DNA of 33,216 nt from a virus. Lineage: Duplodnaviria; Caudoviricetes. The stretch covers positions 1-33,216 of IMG/VR virus record IMGVR_UViG_3300025693_000008. The stretch is one strand, 5' to 3'. A model generated the notes under the pieces. It saw nothing but the letters and a program-made list of their open reading frames with translations, searched no databases and had not been told where the DNA came from. A program made the translations under genes and the position numbers. This document shows positions 1 through 8,182 of this stretch, one piece after another; the stretch's first letter is position 1, and every line of letters starts with the position of its first letter.

Positions 1-1
1 C

Positions 2-151
2 AAGGTTACCGACCCAGGCTTCAATCTCGTCAAAAAAGCATGTAGTGTTCTCGGATTGTCATTGGACTATTACGCTTACGGGAAAGGATTACCCAGCGAT
101 TTGAGCGACAGAATCAAGTCTGCAGTAGATGACATTCTAGACGACCTATGA
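2..151 (+). CDS. 3' part of an XRE-family HTH regulator (truncated by window edge)
   Basis: Frame 2 reads KVTDPGFNLVKKACSVLGLSLDYYAYG...DDL*, matching the P-x3-L-x2-(I/A)-x3-L-G-(V/L)-S-L-D tail of Cro/CI-type HTH domains; stop TGA at 149..151. Confidence 0.55.
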   Translation, partial: KVTDPGFNLVKKACSVLGLSLDYYAYGKGLPSDLSDRIKSAVDDILDDL

Positions 152-154
152 GGA

Positions 155-349
155 ATGGATGCCTTGCTGATACTCGATATACCACTTAATAGATCAATTC
201 ATGTTGACGACGATATTGTTGTCACCGTCAAATTCATTGGATCCAACCAGGTGAAGCTAGGGGTTCAGGCGCCTGCAGAGGTCGCAATTACCCGCGAAGA
301 GCTGCTGGACGAACATACATACACATCGGAAGGATACGCCCCAGAGTAG
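155..349 (+). CDS. csrA: CsrA/RsmA-like carbon storage regulator homolog
   Basis: LLIL...I.V.DDIVVTV....NQVKLGVQAPAEVAITREEL aligns by eye with CsrA MLIL...IGDEVTVTV....[20 protein letters not shown]. Confidence 0.8.
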   Translation: MDALLILDIPLNRSIHVDDDIVVTVKFIGSNQVKLGVQAPAEVAITREELLDEHTYTSEGYAPE

Positions 350-396
350 ACGGGGTTATAATTTTGCAAAGGAGAGTGTTTTCACGATGCCCGCGC

Positions 397-1140
397 TTAC
401 TCGGCAACTGGGCACTCGCTAATTTTACGCGCAAAGTAATATTCCTTTGCTCTAGCTATGGTTTCTTTGTTCGCCTGCGCTAGTTGTTGTCTGTTAATTG
501 TTTGATCAAATTCACCGGCCCAAAAAGCTAACTTCGGAGAAATAGGGATAAAAGCTAAGTCACCACAGCCATCAGCAACTAGAAATTCACCATCTAGAGC
601 CTCAATTAACCCCCATTTAAAATGACTGCAGGCGTGCCAGTCGCGATCTAGCCCAATTTGTATTTGAAGGCCAGATGAAAACCTAGACGGAACGACACCA
701 CCATCCCTTACGAAACTTACATTTTTACTTTCTAGTATTTCTTCTTGCTCTTTGGTTAAATCCGAACCAGAAATTCCATTTAGAACTGCATCATCTGGGC
801 TGCTGAGGTGATGATCATGCCGTAATCGCCACAGCAGACAGTATTTTGAGATTGCCTGATGGTTTCTATTTGAGAAACTCTTAATATTGTCAATTTCTTC
901 ATGGAAAGATTTTTCAATGGGAACCATATATCCAGTTTCAGCTCGTTGATCCCACGTTCGTTTGGTACAAAATATCTTCGCTCGCTTATGCCTTCTGACA
1001 ACCTCGTCAGAAGATAGTTCTTTTACCTCCACTGTATTGTCAGAATTATAAAAAAGTGAAATAGCATGAGCAGTATGAAAGTGTTGATCTATGGTCAGCT
1101 GTCTAGGATTCTTTTTAATGGTACGCTCGTACGGCATCAC
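397..1140 (-). CDS. Hypothetical protein, possibly DUF4238-like
   Basis: 247-aa ORF. The N-terminal QHFHTAHAISLF and C-terminal FLVAD...FIPISPKLAF resemble DUF4238 motifs. 4-bp overlap with the upstream gene. Confidence 0.55.
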   Translation of the reverse strand: MMPYERTIKKNPRQLTIDQHFHTAHAISLFYNSDNTVEVKELSSDEVVRRHKRAKIFCTKRTWDQRAETGYMVPIEKSFHEEIDNIKSFSNRNHQAISKYCLLWRLRHDHHLSSPDDAVLNGISGSDLTKEQEEILESKNVSFVRDGGVVPSRFSSGLQIQIGLDRDWHACSHFKWGLIEALDGEFLVADGCGDLAFIPISPKLAFWAGEFDQTINRQQLAQANKETIARAKEYYFARKISECPVAE

Positions 1141-1577
1141 TTCCCCCCCGGGGAGAATGTGTCAGAGTCGATTAGCTTATCTAAAATCTTATAGATAAAA
1201 TCTGAAAGACATCTATTGTCAGTGGTCATTTCCATTGAGAAGCCTCCCTGCGAGGGAACTTTGACATTACCTAAATGATCAAAGCTTAGTGAGAGAAATT
1301 CGGTTTCTGCCCTACAGCTTTGACCTCCACTTTCAATCAAGTATGCAGTCGCTTGGCCGATCGGTGATTGTGGGTTAAGAAAAGCCATATCAAACCGAAT
1401 CTCAAAGGCCTGACCTAGACCCTCAAATGTTAAAGTTTTATCTTCTACCCCATGAACAACTACACCGCTTAGAGACTCAAGCTTTATTTCGGAATTGCAG
1501 ATCAAGCCCAAATAAACTTCCTCAAGCGAGGCATACTCCCTAAGTGCCATATTTACTTTGTTCTTTATCCCTTGCAT
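1137..1577 (-). CDS. Hypothetical protein
   Basis: 146-aa ORF with an AAGGAAAG RBS; translationally coupled to the 397..1140 ORF. Confidence 0.7.
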   Translation of the reverse strand: MQGIKNKVNMALREYASLEEVYLGLICNSEIKLESLSGVVVHGVEDKTLTFEGLGQAFEIRFDMAFLNPQSPIGQATAYLIESGGQSCRAETEFLSLSFDHLGNVKVPSQGGFSMEMTTDNRCLSDFIYKILDKLIDSDTFSPGGK

Positions 1578-1862
1578 TGTACTTTCCTTTATTGACTGCT
1601 CAGCAGTTCTGCCACAAAAAATGGCTTTTTCTTAATCCGACCTATGGGTCGGCGTTCAGAATATATTATTCGAAAGCACCTATAAAAATCAATCGACAAC
1701 AATTAATCAATAGCCGCGCTATCTCCCCAAATCTGATGCTTGTACATTTTGTGGCTTTATATAGATAAAAACCTTAGTATATTTTCTGTGAAGCCCCAGT
1801 GAGGCCGGGCAGGTAAATCTCTTTGATGCGCCTCCGGAGATACGACTGGGGCTTCCCCTCCT

Positions 1863-2525
1863 TTAATAGCCTGTCGGTAATAGAGCATTGCCTTTGTCGT
1901 CAGCTATATACGGATTACGGCGTCTCTGGATTTTAAATATTTCCTTGTTACGTCGTTTTTCTTCTGCGCTCACAGGGTCATCACTAGCCCATTTCACGAG
2001 CATCTTTCGATCACGCCCAAGCGGTAGTCCGTAAGCTAACTCCATATAGAGTAACGATCTTGCTATTTCGCCTTTGACACTATCGGTAGGCTCGATGAGT
2101 CCATTTGTCTTCGTGCCAATGCGTTCAACGTCTTGGCATATATCAGTGTTAATCCGATTGGTTTCACCGCTTATGTTTGCGTAGGCCAAATTATTTCGAG
2201 CTGCATTAATCTTGTGGATCGACGGCCACAAATTATGAAGATCAGCTGCGGCATGTTGATACGAATCTATCGGGCATGAATGCCTATTCTTACAGCCAAA
2301 ATGAGCCGCCATCCAGCTTGCGGGCATGGCGTGTTCAACGCTCAACTTCTTGGTCTTGTGATCATTGCCGCCGCTAAACGTCAGATCACAATACAGAGTA
2401 CTTCCACCGTCTTTGTAGAGCTTCTTCCAGAAGTACTTATCGCGGGCTTCATCATAGGTCTGAATCACATCTTGACCTAGGCTGCACAAAGGAAAGAATA
2501 AGAGAATCAAAACTAGCTTTTTCAT
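1863..2525 (-). CDS. Secreted endonuclease I (EndA/Dns family)
   Basis: Signal peptide MKKLVLILLFFPLCSLG from ATG 2525. Motifs TLYC, SVEHAMPASW, ADLHNLWPSIHKINAARNN, KGEIARSLLYM, DPVSAEE..RN..I...Q..RNPY. Confidence 0.9.
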   Translation of the reverse strand: MKKLVLILLFFPLCSLGQDVIQTYDEARDKYFWKKLYKDGGSTLYCDLTFSGGNDHKTKKLSVEHAMPASWMAAHFGCKNRHSCPIDSYQHAAADLHNLWPSIHKINAARNNLAYANISGETNRINTDICQDVERIGTKTNGLIEPTDSVKGEIARSLLYMELAYGLPLGRDRKMLVKWASDDPVSAEEKRRNKEIFKIQRRRNPYIADDKGNALLPTGY

Positions 2526-2641
2526 TTCACTGCTCCGTGTGATTGACAGGCACAAAGGCCCAAGATCTACAATCTAATTGGTATCCTCTTTTAGGGCAAC
2601 TTATGCAGTAACAATGTTCCACCGCCGCCATGTAATTGAGG

Positions 2642-2667
2642 AAAACCAACCAACTCCACTAGGTTGG
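2642..2667 (-). terminator. Possible intrinsic terminator after the metallopeptidase gene
   Basis: Minus strand CCAACC-N10-GGTTGG followed by TTTT. Confidence 0.3.
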
Positions 2668-2689
2668 AAGACTCATGTCACGCGGGGTT

Positions 2690-3346
2690 TCAGGCTGCAC
2701 CCAGATAATCTAATAGCCGACGAACCATGTGCTGCTCGGTATATCGAGGGCCCCTACTTTTAATTTCATCCCTCGCCAAGACCAGTAAATGAATCAGTTC
2801 AGAAGCAGACCACTCCAGCGATGGGTATAGCAAGCGGGCCACTCCACGAACATTGCTAGACACTCTGCAAATGAAGCTATCAGTTACACCCGGCTCGCTA
2901 AGGTGGGCAATGTACTCTTTCACCACCATTACGCGACGCTGCTTTCCTGTGAGTCCTAAAGACTGAACCTTGTACCTGTCAATCAATAATCGACGGGCAA
3001 CAATTGGAATTGACCTATATATTTCATTCGTAGATTGCTCGACCTTATCACCGAGCACATCCTCAATACTTAGATGACCATTCACTTCGTGAAGATAGAC
3101 CTCTCGGGCTTCTCTTGGATTGGATATATTCTTGAGAACCAAAAATACCTGGTGAGTGGCCTGATCATAGAAGCCTCGAACATCGCCAAAATCCTTGTCT
3201 AGCGCAGATCGAAGTCTTAAAGGCAGCTCCGTCATTAACTTAACCAATATCACTGAAACTCCCATAGCGACTTCCATATGTTCCAGCTTTTTGATGATCC
3301 GCTTCTCTGTGTCTCTTCTCCGTTCGTTTGTAGTAGCAGTAGTCAT
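2690..3346 (-). CDS. Stand-alone zincin-like metallopeptidase (HExxGH) of the type found in phage polyvalent proteins
   Basis: VRGFYD....VFLVLKNI.......VYLHEVNGH and a downstream KEYIAHLSE glutamate helix. Strong RBS AAAGGAGA before ATG 3346. Confidence 0.65.
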   Translation of the reverse strand: MTTATTNERRRDTEKRIIKKLEHMEVAMGVSVILVKLMTELPLRLRSALDKDFGDVRGFYDQATHQVFLVLKNISNPREAREVYLHEVNGHLSIEDVLGDKVEQSTNEIYRSIPIVARRLLIDRYKVQSLGLTGKQRRVMVVKEYIAHLSEPGVTDSFICRVSSNVRGVARLLYPSLEWSASELIHLLVLARDEIKSRGPRYTEQHMVRRLLDYLGAA

Positions 3347-3469
3347 AGCGGTCTCCTTTCCCGTCGTACGATTGAGCATGTTCTAGGCCTTGTCTATCTC
3401 GCTTTTAGAATCCGGTTGCTTAGGTCACTCTTTCCTTTCGATATTTAATGGCGTATCTTAGCTTTTAAC

Positions 3470-3490
3470 ATAGTTACATCATGTAGCTAT
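3470..3490. promoter_or_regulatory. 21-bp palindromic operator 1 (Arc/Mnt-like)
   Basis: ATAGTTACAT-C-ATGTAGCTAT, 9/10 symmetric. Lies just downstream of a minus-strand TTGACG (3498..3493). Confidence 0.75.
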
Positions 3491-3505
3491 TCCGTCAACA
3501 ATTCG

Positions 3506-3526
3506 ATTGTTACATCATGTAGTTAT
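3506..3526. promoter_or_regulatory. 21-bp palindromic operator 2 (Arc/Mnt-like)
   Basis: ATTGTTACAT-C-ATGTAGTTAT shares the 14-bp core GTTACATCATGTAG with operator 1 and overlaps the ATG at 3525. Confidence 0.75.
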
Positions 3527-3836
3527 GGCCAAAAAAGATGAAATGACACAGCACAAAACCGCACATATAGCGCCATTCGGCCTAAGAATGCAGCCTGAGC
3601 TCAGGTCACAAGTAGAGGCTGCTGCGAGGTTATCTGGCCGCTCTCTAAATGCAGAGATATGCTCTCGCTTGCAGGAAAGCCTCTCTCCAGCGAAAGTAGC
3701 TGAGCCATCAGGGGAACACTCTCTCCACCACTCTCTCTTTTCCAGAAAGGAAAAAGGAAAGTCTGAACTAGAACAGCTTCTGGACAACCAAAGCGATTCA
3801 ATTGTCGAGAAGTTAGCGAAAATGCTTAAGCAATAG
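3525..3836 (+). CDS. Arc/Mnt-family ribbon-helix-helix repressor
   Basis: APFGLRMQPELRSQVEAAARLSGRSLNAEICSRLQESL is a typical Arc motif. The start may be 3525 or 3543. Confidence 0.9.
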   Translation: MAKKDEMTQHKTAHIAPFGLRMQPELRSQVEAAARLSGRSLNAEICSRLQESLSPAKVAEPSGEHSLHHSLFSRKEKGKSELEQLLDNQSDSIVEKLAKMLKQ

Positions 3837-3894
3837 AGCCTCGAAGGTAAATACTGAGTAGAACAACATAAGGAGATGCTTGCCAACTTTTAGG

Positions 3895-3919
3895 GCCTTG
3901 ATAAAAGCAGGGCTTTTTT
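3895..3919 (+). terminator. Intrinsic terminator after arc-like gene
   Basis: GCCTTG-ATAAAAG-CAGGGC hairpin (one G-U pair) followed by T6. Confidence 0.6.
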
Positions 3920-4030
3920 GTGGGCGTGATTTTTTAAATAGAGTAAGTGTATAATCCGTGGAAACAAGGTTTCAGTAAGGCAGCTGAAGCTCATGCCCAC
4001 TTAGACATGGGCGAACAAGAAGGAACTAGC

Positions 4031-4282
4031 ATGCTCACCCTCGAAATGGCGCTAAACCTGCGAAACATTGGCAATATCTCCTCTTGCGAGTTACGCCCCT
4101 CTCCTATCCATGACAATGGCTATACCGTCGTATTCGTTGGTGCTGAATCCCAAGATGGCGGTGTCGCGGAGCTTACTGATGACCAAGGCAATATCATCAC
4201 AGCAAGCTTAGAGAAAGCTACTAGCTTAGCTCTCCGGGCTGGATTCCCTAAAGATGAAATTAGTACGCTTCAGAGTAGTTAA
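4031..4282 (+). CDS. Small hypothetical protein
   Basis: AAGGA RBS precedes ATG 4031 within the ORF 3947..4282. Confidence 0.55.
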   Translation: MLTLEMALNLRNIGNISSCELRPSPIHDNGYTVVFVGAESQDGGVAELTDDQGNIITASLEKATSLALRAGFPKDEISTLQSS

Positions 4283-4306
4283 CGAAGCGCAGAGGCAAGG
4301 AGCCGC

Positions 4307-4747
4307 ATGAATAACCGAGTCCCAATCCCCACAGATAACATTTACAAGTTCTATGCCCTATTCGGTCTAGCCTTATTTGTTACGGGCATGTTCGCATTTT
4401 TGTCTGCCTATAACTCGCACAGGGATATGACTTATGAAATATATCAAGAGCAGGAAATACTGAAGAAAATTGAAAACCCCACGAACGAACAAACTATCCG
4501 ATTGGAGGTTCTAGATAGCAGAAGCGAGACTGGCTCCAGCAATAAAGAATTCTATATGAAAGTTGTTGCCATTATGTTCGTGGCATCAATATGCCTTATG
4601 TTCTACGGCTTCGCTGCGTGGCACTTCAAAGTCCAGCCCCTTCAGGATAAGCTAAGAGAAAAAGATCTAGAGAAAATCGAGTTGGAAATCAAATTACTTA
4701 ACAAACAGGCTGGCCATACACCATTCAAAAGTCGAGTCGCTCGCTAA
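4307..4747 (+). CDS. Hypothetical membrane protein (2 TM)
   Basis: AAGGAG RBS; hydrophobic segments FYALFGLALFVTGMFAFL and VVAIMFVASICLMFYGFAAW. Confidence 0.75.
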   Translation: MNNRVPIPTDNIYKFYALFGLALFVTGMFAFLSAYNSHRDMTYEIYQEQEILKKIENPTNEQTIRLEVLDSRSETGSSNKEFYMKVVAIMFVASICLMFYGFAAWHFKVQPLQDKLREKDLEKIELEIKLLNKQAGHTPFKSRVAR

Positions 4748-4847
4748 ATCTCTGTCTAGAGTTTGAGGATGCACAAGAGAAGGTAGGTGCCTCAAATTTA
4801 GTAGATAATGACGATCAACTAAAAAGACCAAAACAGGATGTAAAAAC

Positions 4848-5060
4848 ATGGAAATACAAATCGGTCCAAAAACCGTCGATGGAAAGATAATGGTAATTGT
4901 TAATTATTACGAGACAATTGATGAATGCGGTCAGTCTGCTTCCGTAGAAGTTTGGGTCGATTATTCTGATTCTAGGTCGGAAATAAAATCACGCGCCAAA
5001 GTCGCGGCACAAGAGTTTCTAGATCGCGCGTTAACCGCTCATGCATCGGTAGATCAGTAA
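4848..5060 (+). CDS. Small hypothetical protein
   Basis: 70-aa ORF with an AGGA RBS, co-oriented with its neighbours. Confidence 0.6.
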   Translation: MEIQIGPKTVDGKIMVIVNYYETIDECGQSASVEVWVDYSDSRSEIKSRAKVAAQEFLDRALTAHASVDQ

Positions 5061-5134
5061 ACTAGAGCAGGCTCCACTAACTATTTCTATCTACGCACTC
5101 TTACCTTAGTTGTCGTCTGCTAACGGAGATACAT

Positions 5135-5740
5135 GTGATTTTTTTCAATCGAAACAGATACAATTGGTATAGGCTACAGAGAATAGAAAATAAGTCTTTT
5201 AGATGCGGATATTGTAGTGACAAAATCTCCAGCGATAGTGGTTATCAAATAGGTGGTCACAGCGATGGAAGCGGTCCTTTAGAAGGGGGTATATTTATAT
5301 GCCCGAACTGTAATGGGCCAACATTTTTTAACGTTGACAACCAGCGGTATCCATCGGTAGCTTTTGGCAGTACTGTGCGACATGTGCCGAAAAAGCTTGA
5401 GTCGCTATATAATGAAGCCCGAAGGTGCACATCACAAGGTTGCTTTACTGCAGCAGTACTACTTTGCAGAAAGGCCTTGATGAATATAGCTGTAGCTCAG
5501 GGTGCTGGTGAGAATCTAAGATTTATTGAATATGTTAATTACCTATCAGAACATGGCTATACACCTCCAAATGGTAAGCACTGGGTAGACCACATTAGGA
5601 AGAAAGGAAATGAGGCTACTCATGAAATAGCACTCATGACAGAGGGGGATGCTAAAGATCTAATTTGTTTTGTCGAGATGCTTCTCAAGTTTATATACGA
5701 ATTCCCTACCAGCATACCGAAGCCCCCCAACAAAAAATAG
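5135..5740 (+). CDS. Zn-ribbon + DUF4145 (HEPN-like) protein
   Basis: CGYC...CPNC zinc ribbon; LYNEARRC....FTAAVLLCRKAL and IRKKGNEATH (R..GN...H) are typical of DUF4145. GGAG RBS. Confidence 0.8.
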   Translation: MIFFNRNRYNWYRLQRIENKSFRCGYCSDKISSDSGYQIGGHSDGSGPLEGGIFICPNCNGPTFFNVDNQRYPSVAFGSTVRHVPKKLESLYNEARRCTSQGCFTAAVLLCRKALMNIAVAQGAGENLRFIEYVNYLSEHGYTPPNGKHWVDHIRKKGNEATHEIALMTEGDAKDLICFVEMLLKFIYEFPTSIPKPPNKK

Positions 5741-5770
5741 TATCAACAAGATTTTCACTACTAAGCACCC

Positions 5771-5814
5771 ATACATACCCCCCTCTCCCACTCGCCTATT
5801 GGTGAAGGCGGGGG
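5771..5814. repeat. Cassette-boundary repeat, copy 1
   Basis: ATACATACCCCCCTCTCCCACTCGCCTATTGGTGAAGGCGGGGG; the 18-bp TCTCCCACTCGCCTATTG is identical in copy 2. Confidence 0.85.
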
Positions 5815-5854
5815 TTCATCCACATATATAAACCCGAAGGAACGATCTACAAAC

Positions 5855-6883
5855 ATGGAACTCCAGAATTTCATCTTCCACGAACTTATTACTCAGGCTG
5901 GCAACAAAAAGGTCAGTGTTCTACAAAAAGATGAAGAACATAAATTACCTGACGAAAATGCCGACAACCTTGTAATCAGAGCAATAAGGAGCTTTAACAA
6001 AGATAGGGGCCGTGCATACGCGCGCTTTGGTGGAGGTTGGCTGCCTAAGTCTTTAGCTCTGCTTATGGCCAGTGAACGTGATTTTCTCTCATTTTCGCTA
6101 ACCGGTCTGGAAGATTTACAAACCCAGCTACGACATCGTGTAGCTACGACTGGTGGTCACCTATTTTTCATTAGGTATCAAGATGAAGGGAATCCATTTT
6201 TCATGGTTCTTTTATTGAAGGATCTCGAAGGGTTTATCATTAGCAATCAGGAACTTGAGTCAAGTCACATTCTAAATCTTGAAAAACTACACTTCGCGGC
6301 TATGGTAGATATAAATCGCTGGCATGATTCGGAGGATGATGGTGCCTACATCACTTTCTTGAAGGGCTCAAGTCGAAAAGATATTTCAGATTACTTCAAA
6401 GAGTTTCTATGTATCGACGAAGCAACTTTTATCGACCCTAAAAAGAACACTCTGGCTCTCGTGGACGCCATCAACGATTATTGTTCCAGTCATTTTGATG
6501 AATACGACATTAAGAATTCGCGCTCTAACGTTAAGCAGGAAATTACTCGATGTATTGGCAATGGTGACGACATCACATTGGAAGGGATTTCAAAGGTTAT
6601 TGATCCAAAACACCCAGAGCGATTTAGTGATTTTCTTGTTAAAAAAGGTTACGAAATTCAACCTGAATTTGGCGCAGATGCACGCTACCTCAAGAAACTC
6701 ACCACCTTTTCCGGGAAAGCGAAGGGCATACGGATTTCATTTGACTACGATTTACTTAATAGCGAAGTAAAATTCGAAGATTCCACTACCGATACAACTC
6801 CTCCAAAGCTTATAATAAGTAAGATTCCACCTGACCTTCTTATCGAACTTAGACAAGCTGAAAGAACAGACAATGAAGACTAG
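5855..6883 (+). CDS. Nucleoid-associated protein, YejK/NdpA (NA37) family, accessory copy
   Basis: IFHELI, TGGHLFFIRY, FMVLLLK, LNLEKLHFAAMVDINRW, YITFLKG...DISDYFKEFL, KNTLALVDAINDYC and GIRISFDYDLL match YejK; 342 aa. Confidence 0.85.
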   Translation: MELQNFIFHELITQAGNKKVSVLQKDEEHKLPDENADNLVIRAIRSFNKDRGRAYARFGGGWLPKSLALLMASERDFLSFSLTGLEDLQTQLRHRVATTGGHLFFIRYQDEGNPFFMVLLLKDLEGFIISNQELESSHILNLEKLHFAAMVDINRWHDSEDDGAYITFLKGSSRKDISDYFKEFLCIDEATFIDPKKNTLALVDAINDYCSSHFDEYDIKNSRSNVKQEITRCIGNGDDITLEGISKVIDPKHPERFSDFLVKKGYEIQPEFGADARYLKKLTTFSGKAKGIRISFDYDLLNSEVKFEDSTTDTTPPKLIISKIPPDLLIELRQAERTDNED

Positions 6884-8135
6884 TATTGCCGATCATTTTG
6901 AAGCTCTCAGCACGCTCATAAAGGAGTGCAAGTTAACCCTTAACGGAGGAATAATTTCGGGTTCCCTGAAGGCGTCCGCTTCCGTCAGGGAAACTCTCGA
7001 AAAACTCGAGGAAGATGGCGCGCCTATAATTACGATTAGAATAGAGCGAGATCAAAACAAACCTAATTCGTTGCCCAAGCTAAAGAATAATGAGACCTTT
7101 AATATAGAGATAACTCTCCTTCGCACAACGGGACATTTTTTCGGACGTGATCTTGATGATCTTTTGTCTGAAGCCGATGGCCGCTACTGCTGGAAAAGAC
7201 CTCACAACATCTATCTTATTAAAGAAAAGTTCTCTAGCGGTAAAGGCAAAGAGGCTCCTAAGGCTATCGATGCCTATTTTGAGCTTCTCGATTTCATAAA
7301 GCATTTAAAAGACGAAGTGGCCGACGTACACGATGATAATGAGCTCACTCTGGTTCGGTCCGCTGGTAAGTTGCGACTGCCTATCAAATACAGCGCAACT
7401 ACTCTAAAAGAAAATGCTGACAAAATCATAGAATCCCTCTCCTTCGCTCACAAGTACATAAGTGGCAATGACCGTCGGGAAGACAAAAACCTACATCTCA
7501 AAATCGCTCTAATAGGAGCACTATCAAGCCAACCAACCGAAGACTGCTTTGATTTTATGCTGTCAAATCTCGATCGTATTACTGATAACTTTCTCCATAG
7601 TTACGAAGTATTCATAAACAGCTATTCATTCGAGAGCGATTACGAGCGGCTACTTGCCGAAAACAGAGATTTTCGAAGCCAGTTAAATGGCGCAATAGCA
7701 TCGGTTCAAGGTCGTGCCATTGCCATTCCTTTTGGCACAATAGTTCCGGCTCTGATGATAAAGTCGAGAAGCGCTCAAGACGCCGGGTTGGAAGGCGTCT
7801 TCTTTGCGGCAGCGACATTTATTTGTGCTGTCATTGGATTGATGATTTTCTCTCAATTTTTTGATCTCTTCAGAATCAAACAAGAATTTCAAGCCAAAAA
7901 GCAGCGCATGAAAGACGAAATTCCAACACTTGCTAGAAGACTGTCTACCGAATACCAACGATTGAACTTATACTATTGTATTAATGTTGTTTTATTAGCT
8001 GTTATTATGGCAGGCCTAGTAATATCTTACTTTGTTCCGCTGGCCGTCTATTTTGAGCTTGATATAGCTTTCAGCAGTAAACTGACAGGTTTTATTTTTA
8101 GGATGTTCGGCAATCTCTCGCAACTGATTACGTAA
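6873..8135 (+). CDS. Hypothetical protein with about 3 C-terminal TM helices, coupled to the NA37 gene
   Basis: 420-aa ORF overlapping the upstream gene by 11 bp. Hydrophobic stretches AIAIPFGTIVPALMI, GVFFAAATFICAVIGLMIF and INVVLLAVIMAGLVISYFVPLAVYF. Confidence 0.8.
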   Translation: MKTSIADHFEALSTLIKECKLTLNGGIISGSLKASASVRETLEKLEEDGAPIITIRIERDQNKPNSLPKLKNNETFNIEITLLRTTGHFFGRDLDDLLSEADGRYCWKRPHNIYLIKEKFSSGKGKEAPKAIDAYFELLDFIKHLKDEVADVHDDNELTLVRSAGKLRLPIKYSATTLKENADKIIESLSFAHKYISGNDRREDKNLHLKIALIGALSSQPTEDCFDFMLSNLDRITDNFLHSYEVFINSYSFESDYERLLAENRDFRSQLNGAIASVQGRAIAIPFGTIVPALMIKSRSAQDAGLEGVFFAAATFICAVIGLMIFSQFFDLFRIKQEFQAKKQRMKDEIPTLARRLSTEYQRLNLYYCINVVLLAVIMAGLVISYFVPLAVYFELDIAFSSKLTGFIFRMFGNLSQLIT

Positions 8136-8182
8136 AAACAACGAATCCTGAAAACAGGCCCAACTGGATAATAACTTTAACC

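Noticed and set aside
3426-3442. Minus-strand minigene (AAAGGAAAGA-GTG ACC TAA) in the peptidase leader
   Set aside because: Two codons only; cannot be distinguished from chance.
3515-3886. Minus-strand 123-aa ORF over the arc gene
   Set aside because: It is antisense to a clear Arc-family gene and has no motif support.
4834-4840. CAGGATG as a CsrA-binding site
   Set aside because: It coincides with an ordinary Shine-Dalgarno sequence, and a single site is not enough evidence.
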